In this document: piece by piece, positions 52,525 to 64,000 of the stretch
Layout: the number at the start of each line of letters is the position of its first letter
Numbering within the stretch: position 1 is the stretch's first letter
Assembly (NCBI GenBank): GCA_003971905.1
Contig: RSEE01000056.1
Span: forward strand, 248,001-312,000
DNA length: 64,000 bases
Origin: Moniliella sp. 'wahieum'
Lineage: Eukaryota
Direction of reading: 5' to 3'
Position numbers and translations under genes: made by a program
The notes under the pieces: model-generated
Seen by the model: only the letters and a program-made list of their open reading frames with translations
Databases searched by the model: none
Told to the model about the DNA's origin: nothing

Positions 52525-53287
52525 AATGGTCGCCATGACCCCGGATCGGATGGGATCCCCCTCCCCTTTTTTCTAATGGCCTCTCTGTCTCTTCCCACAT
52601 GGCTCCATCTTCCTCGCCGCCTGTGTTGCGCTAGTGTTAATGCGTTTCGCTCTTCCTCTCCCTGACGGGAGGCCGTCTACACTGTATGACCTCTTTTATA
52701 CCGTGCTTGAAGCGCCAGCCTTGACCGTCTATCTGATAGCCTCGACGAAAGGAAGTAGACCCAATCAATGCTCAGACGAACTACGAGTTCGAGAGTATAG
52801 TAGCGTGCGGGGTACCGGTGGTAGTAGGCGGGAAGAGCCAAGTAGGGAATGCATTGGTCCATGCACAAAATGTTGGACCACACGTGATCGGTGACGGCGG
52901 GGCCCCACATTTCCTCACTAGGGCTTCGTCGGGCATTCCCGGGCCCCGCCGGGCCTTGCTCCCGGTTGTTGTCTTAGTACATACTTCGAACTCGACGCTC
53001 TGCGATCGTTGCGCCCCCAATGAGCGCCAAGGGCCAAGGCCCTCAGCGCCTCAGCCCCGCTTGAATCAGGGTCAGACATGCGTCCCAACATCCCAACACG
53101 GCAGACATATATTACCAGGATATAGCCCCTGGTTCCATCTACTCCGGTGCCTAATAGTACGTAACCCAAATAGCAGGACCAGCCCTGCCCCGCGTTTCTA
53201 TAGCCTGGGACGCAGCAGCCGACAATTCACAACAGGAACGCTGCTCAGGCGCTCACACTTGGATGGAGAGTTCCGGTGTAGAGAAGG

Positions 53288-53464
53288 TGTAACAGTCGGG
53301 GCTAAACGAGGGAGACCAAGGTCCTGTCAGAGGCGGGGGGAAAGGCAAGATCGTTCGTGGGAGGAAACAGAAGGCATCAGGCAGAGAACAGAAGCAAAAG
53401 GGAAGGGAAGAGCGAGAGACACAGGATGCGGAATTGGAAATTGGAGCGAGCTTAGTCGGTGACA
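53288..53464 (-). mobile_element. Solo LTR-like element, family B (177 bp)
   Basis: Reverse complement reads TGTCACC...CCCGACTGTTACA; perfect 5-bp TSD GAAGG. Confidence 0.8.
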
Positions 53465-53858
53465 GAAGGCGTGTCCCATATATAGGCTCGTATAGTATAC
53501 CATGTCTCGCACCCCACAGTTCCAGGCTTTTTGGAAAGGAACCCACCAATGAAAAGAATGGCAATGGGAAGAGAGAAGGTCCGTAAACAAGGGTTGCTGT
53601 GGCAAGATCTAAGAGTACTCATCATTACCATCTTGCCTGCACCATAATTTAACTCGGGCAATTACATGACAATAAAAAGCCTCTGTGGCCTCTTGGCTAA
53701 TCAAGCCTTGACCCTTTTAGCTCTCCCTCCCTCCTTCTCGTTATTGGCAGCCCCACGGCACGCTGGACGACAGATAAGCCAAACCACTGCAGGTGTCCTT
53801 CGCATGTCACATGCCATATGTCATGATACACTTCTCTGCCACCATGAGCGCCTGAGCA

Positions 53859-55797
53859 CTAAAGAAGCTCCGCGCTGAGGGCAACAGCACTGAACTCCGA
53901 CTCCCGAAAGTGGAGGGAGAGCCGCGCGGCGGTAAGCACGATTTCACCATGTTCCCGTCGTTGCGGCTCGAGATCTGACGCGTGACCGCACACTGAAAAT
54001 GGAGGTGGCGAGGTGCTAGGCCTATTAGACCTTACTAGGCCTTTTATGGCAGTATGCCCTGCGTTTTTGCTGAGCCTCAGGGCTCGACCGCTACCGCCCC
54101 CCAGCCTTCCCCTGCGCCGTATCTGGGGTTGTCGCGCTCGTCTCTGCCGCCTTCTTGGAAGGCGCGCTCGGCCCCGACAGGCGACGTACCGATTGACGTT
54201 CTCGTGCGGACCCGGAGAGTAGGTCGCTTGTGCTAGCTGCTGAGCTGGACCGTGGACGGGCAAATGGGACGAGGTCCGGGCCCAAGTGGTAGTACGCTTA
54301 AATTGGACCCGGCGAAGGGGCGCTTTGGCGAGCATAGAGAGGGTGCCGTAGGCAGTGTTGGCACCGTGGCCGGTCCCGCTGTTGATGGGGTGTGGGCTGT
54401 GGGGCGACCTGCTCCTCCCAAGGACGAGGCAGGGGAAGCCAGACCGTAAGTGCTGCGCTTGGGCGGGATCAACTTGTTGCGGCGACGTTCGATGATGCCC
54501 CGTACCAAAGGCTGCCAGGAACCCTGCGGGGCACTGGTGGACTGGGTTCGGGTGACCTTGACCTTGTTGTGCACGTCGAGGTAGACGTCAAATTCATCTA
54601 CAATTTCCCTTCCGATCATCTCCTCAATCACATCTTCGAGTGTTACCACGCCCAGAGCACCACGGGGTTCGCCTGGGTACTCGGAAACGAGGAGCATGTG
54701 CGACCGACCTTGCTGAAAGTAATTGAGGCAGTCAAACAGGGTCAGTTCGGGGGGGCTTCGGGCAACCCAGCCAGCTGGAAGCGGGAGACTTGGTCTGCGT
54801 CCTCGGGATCGTAGGAGATCAGACTTTTGACCAACAACATCCCCAGCACCGCATCGGGCTTGCCGGGTTCGTGCACCGGAATGCGCGAGTAACCATGTCG
54901 GACCAACGTGCTATCCCGGCCTCGTCCAGGACGGCATCAGACGGTAAGGTAAATACATCTTCGATTGGTGTCATAATGTCCTTTAACGTCTTCTCGTTCA
55001 AGTCCAACACGGCTCGAATGATGGCCACTCGTCGTTCGTCAACGTCTCTCACCCAACGCTTGGTGCAGCGATACGAACGTTTTCAGTTCGGCTTTGCGAT
55101 AGACGGTGCCTTGCTCCTCGCCCAAGCACCAGTCGAGTAATTTGGCTGTCGGCCATGCAATTGGCGCCAGAATGATCATGACAGCATGTACCATCGGTGC
55201 ACAGTATGCGCCAATCGACAGCCCGTACCGTGCACAAATGGCCTGTGGTACAATTTCCCCGAAAATGACAATGAGCAAGGTGGAGGTTAAGACGGCGCTG
55301 AGACCACCGCCAAAGGCGGAGAGAAAAACGGGCAAAGTCTCGTTCACAATCACGTTGCCCAGCAGCAGGACAACAAGGACCCAGTGCCGGCCCTTCTCCA
55401 GCAGAGCAAGGACAACACGCGCTTCGCGCTGCTCCGACTCACTCCCACTCGTACTGAGTACTTGCAGATTAACCATATCCAGCCCCATCAGGCCCAGGGT
55501 GAGGCCAGCAAATACACCGCCTAGCAGGACAAGACCTGCAATGCTCAGTAGATTCAAGATCAGCCGGGCATTCGTTTCTTGGGAGGCAAACGTGGGTTCC
55601 CCCCCGCGAGGCTCGGGAGGACGAAGGGGGGCTTCCAAACCCCGGGAGGGGAGGGCAAGAGCAAGTAGCGGGTGGCCAGCGAGGGCGACGAAGGAGATAA
55701 GGGCATGGGCGAGGCGTGTGCGTGCAGGCGGGCCGAGTGTGCAACGGCGCTGAGAAACGGCGAGCACCGAAGGCGACTGCGAAGACAGCAGGGACAT
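53859..55797 (-). CDS. MAM3: Mam3/CNNM family (DUF21 + CBS pair) metal transporter
   Basis: [86 protein letters not shown]; ends approximate. Confidence 0.92.
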
Positions 55798-56233
55798 CCA
55801 CGGTTCACCCACGGTTGGAGTGCACGGGTAAATACGTTGCGGGCAAAGTCGGCACAGAAGATGGAGGTGCAAAAAAGGGAAGAAGGACTGGGCCTTAGGC
55901 AGTGCTGTCCGTCAGCAGAGGGTGTGACGCGGTTGCCGGCTAGACTCGACGTGACGTTAAGAAGCTGGCAGGCAGCTGGGCCGAGGTTCATCCATTTCCT
56001 TATAGTTGCGCGCCGGCGTCGCGATCGGCGCGCTCCTACAACGGCGTTCACAACTGATGTACTGACGAGAAGATAGGCTTCCCATGCCATTACTGATTGG
56101 CACTGGAAGATCCCGATGCCGATGATGACCAGCCTACTAGGTAATCCTCAGCTGCTCTGTGCAAATTTGCACTCAATGAGTACTCAGTCTGGGTACTGAA
56201 CTCAGTTACTGAGCTGTTTGTCCATGTCACTAT

Positions 56234-56274
<41 letters not shown>

Positions 56275-56432
56275 TCACCGGCGTCACATGTCACACATCA
56301 CAAGTGACAATGCCCTAGTAGTCACCACTGAGTTCAGTACACTCTGAATACTCAGACTGAGTACCTTGGCGCCCTCGTCGCTGTGGCAGCTACAACTGGC
56401 AGCGTACTCCTGCCCCCAGAACCATGCCTGAA

Positions 56433-58559
56433 TCAAAGAAGCATCCCTTAGTCTCCCCCCGCGCCTCGAGTTCAGCCCAGCGTGCATGCGCCTCCTTCAA
56501 ACGGTGCTGGACGTGGGAACGCTCCAGCATGCGTGCCACCCAGTCCATCAGCCCATCATCGTCCTCCACGACAAAGTAAGACGACAGTGCACTGAGCAAC
56601 GTCTCGAATCCACGCTTGGCCCGGGGCTGGCGGGGCGCGAGCAGCCGCGCTCTGCTGGGCATTCGTCCCATCGGAAGAGTATGTCCCACACCCCAGAGCA
56701 ACGCCAAGCCCGTCAGTAAGAGCACATCGGGTCCCAGCAACAGGTATGCGTCCCAGATCCGCAGCTGCGTCGCAAAGGGCACGGCGCCATTGAAAGGGTG
56801 ATGTACCAGCGCGTCGCGTAGCTGCTCGGTGTAATTTCCGCCTCGTCCAACGCGGCAGCCAGAGAAGGGAGGTAGGCGCGTACGAGGGTTTGGTGCACAA
56901 AAAAGAGTTGCTGGAGTCCGGGAAAGCCAGATTGGAAGGTACTGTGGAGATTGTAGTGGTCGTGCAAGCGCGTGAGCGCAGTGTAGGCAGCCAAGTCGAG
57001 GGCAGCTGGAGCAGAAAGTGGCTGCGATCAGGCCCATTCCCTGGCAGTATCCGCACGAATCGGGACAGTGCAGACTCATTGCATGCAAGACTTGAAACAG
57101 CTGGACTTGACCCTTTCCATAGCGCGTGTAGAAGGTCCCATGACCATTCATTGTCCGCGGCACGTCCAAATCGATCTGCACATCGTACCGACTCGGCACG
57201 GTTTGGGCGTGCACAAATTCTCGCTGCGCCTTTTCCTGCGTCTCACGCCCGACTGCGCCCGAGGCAGCACGACGATGGTGCTGATAATGGGTCCAATGTG
57301 TCTCCCCCCCCGACACCTGGGACTCCGCATCCGATCGCATCTTCATCCGGATCAGCAGGGGCCACACCACAGGGCGCCAAGAGTCGGGAACGCCTTTAAA
57401 CACTCGCCTCTTCACTGCCGCAGCAGAGATGCCGACTTGAATTCTACCTCGGCTGTTGATCCGACACTTTGTCTCTGCTGGGGGGTAGTGAGCATTTTTT
57501 GCCACTTGGCCGCTCGGGTGCGATCGCGCGCCAGGTGGGCCTTGTGCAGCGCCTCTCTTCTTTGCAAAATGATCCGTGCCTCCTGCTGCGCCAGCGAGCG
57601 CGGCACCAGTTCCTCATTCGACATTGGGCTCGCCGACGCTACCAATTGCAACGAGGGGCGGGGGGAGTTGGCGCCTAATCTACCATCGGACCGGATCGCC
57701 TCGAACCGAGGACGGTGCGGAAGCTTAACGAACACCCGGCTGGGCAACGCCAAGACCCGACCTGGCTCATCTTGGTCTCGGCGTCCGTCTCAAAGAAGCC
57801 GTACCGGTCCACCGCTCGCTCTTCCTCAGACTCCCTGACTGCGACGTGTTAGGAGACGGCGAGGGAGCTCGCCTCCGTTCGCGCGACGCACGGGCCGAGC
57901 GCGACCCGAGGGCAAATGCAGCAGAGAAGAGCGGACGATGCAGAGGGATCCTCAGAAATCCTGGATGTATGCGACGACGACGGCGATTGGGAAGGGAGCA
58001 GGCCTTGCCCAGGTGCGGGGGGCGTGGATGCGGGTCTGGAGCTGCGGGGGGGCTCAAGGAGGGACGTGGCGGCTGCAGCAGCTTGGGCAGGCCCACTGGA
58101 CTCGGCGTTCAGGCCTTCGCCCATGGATGACGTTGCCGGGCGCTGGAGGCGCATGGGCGGAGCCAGACCGTCGGCGCCGTCGGTGTCTGGCGCGTAGGCT
58201 GGGCGATGTGCATGTCAGAGAGCGCGGCCTGGTTGGCCCGGCGTCGTCCGGCCCACGGCAGGGGACCGGCCTTGTGGCGTGTCATCTCCTCGCCGGCCAC
58301 CCTGCCGTCGCCGGGAACGGGTGGGAGGCAAAGTACGTACGTGGCGCGGACCATGGCGCCCTCCTTGGCGCCAGGGGCGGACCAGTCGTTGGCGGAGCGC
58401 GGGAGCTGCTCCGAGGCGCGGGCCATGGCGGGGGGGCGGATGGGGACGGGGGCCGGCGGCGGCCCAGGCGAGGCGGCTGGACAGCGCGCGCGAGAGGGAG
58501 CGGGTGCGCGTCGGCGAGGGCGCAGCGCCCTTGCTTGCGGCCGGCGTGGTGGGGGCCAT
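56433..58559 (-). CDS. Rab GTPase-activating protein (TBC domain)
   Basis: VDRYGFF, RRVFKGVPDSWR, QIDLDVPRT (R finger), GYCQGM (Q finger), LRIWDAYL; start uncertain. Confidence 0.9.
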
Positions 58560-59617
58560 GCCGTGGGGCGCTGCTGGCTGCCTGCGCTGCTGCGCTCTGG
58601 CCTCGCCCGCTGCGCCACCATCCCCCCCCGAAATCGGCTGAGGTAATCGCTCCCCATCACCGCACGGCGCCAGCCCCCGCCCCCCCAGCCGCCTGTGGGC
58701 TCACGACCTGAACCGTAGACGCTCGTCGCGCAGCAGCCCGACAGCCATGTGACTGGCACGAGGTAAGCTCGTGGTGCCAGGGAGCGCGAGCGCAGGTAAC
58801 GCAGTGGAGTATGTTTGAACAGCTGATATGCACTCTCGAGCCACTCCACATGTCACAGCCGATCCTCTTCATCCCAAGGAGGCACCCCCCGGCTCCACCA
58901 AGCCCTGGTTGGAGACTATAATGGGCGATTCTGGTGGGCCATCTTTTGTACCGCATTACGTTCACAGAAGGCATCACATGCGGCTGTAGGACAATGAGAC
59001 GGTGAGGAGGCCCACGAGTGGGCTCCTGTTGTTTGGCCATTTGAGTAAGTTCCGGGGCAAGAACAATCATGCGTTTCGTTTCGTGTTGGCTCTTTCCTGT
59101 GGCGCATCTCGACATCTCAACAGTGTGCCTTTTGTCCCCGTATTCCAGCAGGAAGTTTGGCGCAAGACTGTTGGTGCTTCGATAGGTGCATCTTTTTCTG
59201 AGGATGCACTTGTGGCGAAACAGCTATATGGGCACAGGGCGCACTAATAAGCGACATTTCAGACAGTGGCCAACAGGAATCATCGGCTCCATTTTGCTTA
59301 CTGCGGTGGGGTGAAAAAGACCCGGCAGCAGTGACTAGCAATGGCAATTGTCCCTTTCAAAGGCCTGAGGGGGGCTTTCAAGATTCGCGAGGCGAGCTGT
59401 GTCGCGTGCTATGTAGCATTGAGGAGCGGCCTTGCCGATGCTAAGCGCTAATCTTCCATCCATTGCCTGAACAGCGAGCTCATCTCACATGGACCAGTAC
59501 ATCCATCTCTAGTTCCCCGCTCATTGACCATTTCCTCTTCCCTCCTTCTATACTAATGGATCTCTAAGACGGATTGGTCGACAATGTTTTCCGCAATGCA
59601 TAACGTTTTTGGTCCGC

Positions 59618-60272
59618 TTACACCGATGCGGTGAGCAGATAGTTCTTTCAATGGACCACAGAGTCAGTATCAGACCAAAAAAACCAATGGGGTTAGGATG
59701 ACACACCTTCTCGGCCTGGGCCACAGCCGACTTGAACTCTTGAACCGAATTGAAGCAATCCAGCGTGCGCGTCGCATTGTTCCTTTTATCCTCTCCTGTC
59801 AGTTCCCTGCCAACACACGGAAAGAAGCACATACTTGTAGCACTGCGCAATTTTCTCGCGGGCCGCAGCAATCTCTGGGGACTGGAGCAGCGATGCGCGC
59901 TTCTCCTGACTGGCCTTGATCTGGGCCTGAATGACGTCGAGCTGAGCTTGGAGCTTAGCAGAGCTGGTGGCAGTGGCGGGGAGACTGGCCTCCTTGCTCT
60001 CAGCGCATCCTTCTCCAGCTCCAACTCGATCTGCCGACGCACATCGGCCTCAGCCTTACGCAGCCGCTTGGCCTCGGCCACAATCGAAGCCTGCACCCGC
60101 TCATCGAGCTTCTGCAGCTCCTCAGCGAGAGGCCTTGGCCCTTGGCCGCAGCGAAGAGTGCTTGAGATTCCTTGGACGCCTCAAAGTCGGCCAAAAGCTG
60201 AGCGCCAAGTGACGCCGACTGCTTGCCTTCGGTAAGGTCAGCAGTTGCGGGTTTGCTCCCGGACGCTCCCAT
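59618..60272 (-). CDS. MIC19: MICOS subunit Mic19
   Basis: MGASGSK myristoylation start; LDERVQASIVAEAKRLR..ELEK; CYK|..TRTLDC..VQEFKSAV motif; two introns. Confidence 0.8.
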
Positions 60273-61505
60273 GGTAGCTAGCAGAAGAAGGTGATGGTGG
60301 GGCGCAGCGCGCTTTGGCTTCTGTCCACCCGCTTTGGGGGCCTCCCGGCCCTCGCATCGCTCGTCTCCCGGTCTTGGCCGTGCCAGCGTGCGAACGCAGG
60401 CCCAGTTGAGCACCAGCTGACAAATGATTTCATTCTTTCAACTCGATTTGTTTTCTTCTTCACGCCGCGACGGCTTGGTACAGAACGTCACGCTGGAGGC
60501 CAACGAAGGATTCCCAAAACGGAGCCTGGGACAAGGACGACGCTATTCCGACCAACATACCCATGCAGGTCCATAGAGAGTCCTGGCCTAGTGTTCACTA
60601 CGAAATGTTGCACAGAAACGGGGAAACAAAGGGGTATTCATATCTTCCTGGGAAGGAGTGTGGGATCAAAAAATGACCGCTTCACACCGGATTCGAGGTG
60701 GCGGTGTCTGTAGACCCACCCCTCCGCCCAGGTTGCCCTGAGAAGAGAGTAGCCTTGCTCTTCCCCATACTTAAATTGGCCCGTCCCATAGGCCTCGAGA
60801 GCTGGGCGGACCAGAGTGTTGATGGGGGTGACGCCTGTCAATGGGCCGATGGCCGGGGGCGATGTCTGTCTGTCAGTAGCTCGGCAAGGCGAGATGGGTT
60901 GCGCAGCAGTGGCAGGTGCTACACACCAGCCACCATATGATTTGGCCAGAGGAAGGGGATAGGAGGTTGCCGGCTCGTCCGTCGATCGATTGGATGGTTG
61001 CTGGGGAGTGGTTTGGAGAGAGAAAACCAAACCAGCGGGTGCAACCAGCCTTTTTGACCAACAAAAGACGACGGCCGGTGGAGGCATTCCGGGCACTCGA
61101 GCTCATTCCGCCGATCGATGACGACGAGCATTTCCGATTCTCCAATGTTGTGGGTTTGAATGCGGCGGCGTGGGTTTGAAATGATTTTGTCGAGCCCAAG
61201 TTTGAATCCCCCGGAGATATCAGTCTGGGAGGGTGACTGGTGAGCGATTAATGGCTGGCGATCTGAGACCCCTTTGTTTAGGGCTGACATAAGCGAGGCG
61301 CGGCGCTTGCGTGGCCTGCTGGGTGGCGGCAGGTGGCGCGCTACCGATAGGGTATCGGCACCGATCCCCGCCGGGGTGGGACTGGCCCAGTTGGACGATG
61401 ATCGACGCATGATCCATCGCCGCATGCCTGCTGGGGCGATATGATAACGCACGCCTCCCAGCCACCCTCGACGACGCTCCCTGCTGTGCATCCCCTGCCC
61501 CTCCC

Positions 61506-61533
61506 ACCACCACCACCACCACCACCACCACCA
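61506..61533. repeat. (CCA)n microsatellite upstream of the Ubl-AN1 start
   Basis: About 9 tandem CCA units. Confidence 0.9.
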
Positions 61534-61623
61534 GCCCTCTTTGTGCGTCTTCGTCTTGTCCCCCTCTTGCATGCGTTCACCACACCCCCTAACCCCCACC
61601 CCCCCCCTCCCATCTCCACCCAC

Positions 61624-62091
61624 ATGCAGCTCACTATTCGCTCCGTGTCAGGCCACGCCTACCCACTCTCCCTCCCCACCGGCGCTACCGGTGCGCAGGC
61701 CAAGACCATGCTCCAGCAGCTTGCCGGCGTTGACGTCGCCCAGCAAAGGCTTTTCTCCCCATCCGCTCGATCCTGGATTGGCGACACCGACTCCCTGTCG
61801 ACCGACGACGACCTGTGCCTTGTGCTCCGTCTCCGCGGCGGGGGCAAGAAGCGATGCCAGCACAATGCGGGCCAAGTGACGCAGCAAGGAGGCAATGCCC
61901 AATGCCGTGATGCTGCGGTGCGGCTGGTAGGCGAGTGCCCCCACTGCAAGCTGCAATTCTGTGCCCAGCACCGTCTCCCCGAACAGCACATGTGTGCACT
62001 CCAAGATCAAGTACGCCACGCTGCGTTCCAAGCCAACAAACGACGGCTCGAGGCTGAGCGCACGACTGCAACCCATGGTCTGGCCCACTAA
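61624..62091 (+). CDS. Ubiquitin-like domain fused to AN1-type zinc finger
   Basis: MQLTIRS...QQRLF...LVLRLRGG followed by C..C..CPHC..FCAQHRLPEQHMC. Confidence 0.9.
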   Translation: MQLTIRSVSGHAYPLSLPTGATGAQAKTMLQQLAGVDVAQQRLFSPSARSWIGDTDSLSTDDDLCLVLRLRGGGKKRCQHNAGQVTQQGGNAQCRDAAVRLVGECPHCKLQFCAQHRLPEQHMCALQDQVRHAAFQANKRRLEAERTTATHGLAH

Positions 62092-62885
62092 GGCCTCAGC
62101 ATGGCTTTTGCTTATTTTTTCGCCCACGGCTACGCCGCACCTGCCGCGTCTCCCTTTCAGGCACATCTCCATGTACCGTGCTACTCAACTCTCACCCGAC
62201 AAGCTCGGTGTATATACCGCCCACACTCCCCTGGGCTGCCCCCAACCTTCTCTTTTTTCTTGATCCTTCCCTCCTTGCTGTGAGGACCCTATGCGCCGCT
62301 TGGCCTTCTGGTCTGCGCCGCCTTCATGTGCCATACTCCTGATCTCCGTCTCCTTTCCTTTGATGTTTGTCTTTCTCCCCCCGCCTCTCGCTCACTTGAG
62401 TTTGTCCGCGCCCCTTCACCGGCTTCACCGGCTGTCCTTTCTAGTTAACAGGATCTCATTCAATTTGGCGTTTCTTGGTATCCCGCTATCGTTCTGGGAC
62501 TAGGAAGATGGATGTAGATTGCAGGGGCAAGGATGACCTCGATGACCCCTGTTTAATGATGTGAGATGCAAACGATCCACAGTGCTCTTTTGCATGCCTG
62601 CAGGAAATCCGACGACGCTAGTACGGAGCTTTAGCCCTCATCCACACACGCCAACACATATACCTTGAGGGTAGTCGTGAACGTTGAACCCGTGAACACT
62701 TTGCCCCTTGTCCGCACAGCCGGTCCGCTCGGCCAGCTAGGTTCGCATCGTCGGTACGTAACCCGCAGCTTACCGCACTCCACACACCCCACAACCCTGG
62801 TCCCAGCTGCGCCTCGTCCCACCTACCGGCCGTCAGGCCTTAGGTCGGGTTTTCCGGACGGCTCCCACTCCCACCGCATCCTCAA

Positions 62886-63886
62886 TGCCTGGCGTTTGGC
62901 CACGACCCCCCCTGCCCGACATGCCCCGCCTCGCCACGTCGCAGCAGAGCAGCAGCGCCAGCTGGCCCCGCCTCTCGGGAGCCGGCCGCTGGACATGCTC
63001 ATCTGGTACAAGCCCGTCCCCATCGCCACGCTTTCACTGCCAGGCAGTCTGCCCTTGCCACCCGAAAACGCAAGTGCCCAATGCCTGCCCCGCCGAGGTA
63101 AGGCTAGCAGTTGGCACCGCCGCGCAGACTGTGACGGTGGTGCTCAAAACGGGGCCGTACTGTGGATGCTGGACGAGCTGGCAAGCGGATGGCACCTACT
63201 CCACCAAGGCGCCGCCATTGCCTTTGCGATCCAACTGTTGTGGACTTAATCCGCTCCTGGGCGACTTTAGTCCTCGTTGTCATTCTCCGCGCCTATCGCA
63301 TCGCAACCTATGCCGCTCTCACTGGTTCGGATCACCATCCTCTCCATCTTGTCGTGGGAGAGATCGGGTCATTTGGTAAGTCCCCCCCCTCCCCGTCTCT
63401 GGTTTGTTAGCGTTGCTTGGTTCAATTACTCACGCCTTGCAGTCGTCTCCCAAGTAATGTATGTCCAAGCAAGGCGCGAGGGAAGCCATCCCGACCACCC
63501 CTCCAGCTGTTGGAATGCAAGACGATCGCCTTGTCCTGCTCGACGAGCTCGGTTGGGTGGGATGCCACGTCTTGTACCTCCTGGCCCAAGCCCATCAAAC
63601 TTCCTCCCACCGTGCTATTCCCCGAACAGGTATACCTCCCTCCCGCCGACAAGCCAAGGGGCCAACAAAGCCCCCCACCGCCGCCGCACAAGTACCCCCG
63701 CTACACCATCGGAGACAAGTCCTTTGCTTGCCCCGTCCGCCTCTATCGCAGGGGAAGCAACGACGCTTCCTCAACCCATCTCACCGTCGCAGCTATCCAG
63801 CCTCTGCAGCACACACATCCCATCAATCCGTTCAATCCAGCCTCAACGCCAGCGCCAAGCACGTACGCCGACGCAGCCTCACATAG
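62886..63886 (+). CDS. Possible hypothetical protein (frameshifted, boundaries unclear)
   Basis: Chained ORFs and a GT..AG intron about 63376-63442; no family recognised. Confidence 0.3.
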
Positions 63887-64000
63887 TCATATCTTTCTTT
63901 CGCCTGCACCGCAAGATGTGGAGGATGAGCTGTTCAGCCGTCCATCGGTGGGTCGGTGGACGCAGCACCGTCTCAATACCACAGCCGAAGGCCACCTCGT

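Noticed and set aside
55106..55753. 215-aa plus-strand ORF, and similar antisense ORFs such as 57068..57838
   Set aside because: Antisense to recognisable genes; long spurious ORFs are expected at this GC content
1702..56293. Short repeat arrays as a CRISPR array or prokaryotic defence locus
   Set aside because: Units are 7 bp with no spacers, no cas genes were seen, and the DNA is eukaryotic with spliceosomal introns

Overview
Eukaryotic, GC-rich, gene-dense fungal DNA with short GT-AG introns, most likely from a basidiomycete (possibly Ustilaginomycotina; taxonomy is inferred). About 20 protein-coding genes can be reconstructed: MFS transporter, Mms22/Mus7, SABATH-like methyltransferase, TBP, ODC carrier, ATP14, INH1, a secreted DPBB/expansin-like protein, an oxysterol-binding protein, a MAPR/Dap1-like protein, MPC, TPA1, peroxisomal acyl-CoA thioesterase, shugoshin, (methyl)citrate synthase, Mam3/CNNM, a TBC RabGAP, MIC19 and a Ubl-AN1 fusion. 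There are also three intron-containing tRNA genes (2x Tyr-GTA, 1x Glu-TTC). Most genes carry single-base frameshifts, best read as unpolished long-read errors, so CDS ends are approximate. Two families of very short TG...CA solo-LTR-like elements are present (6 copies, 3 with perfect 5-bp TSDs). The most unusual signal is a window-wide intergenic pattern of 7-bp-period arrays, TNA-[4-bp palindrome]-TNA, in which the core changes between loci and even within an array. Also notable are a duplicated GHPPVP..CP insert inside the MAPR heme domain, a head-to-head ATP14/INH1 pair with a structured intron, and an AT-richer island carrying a candidate effector.
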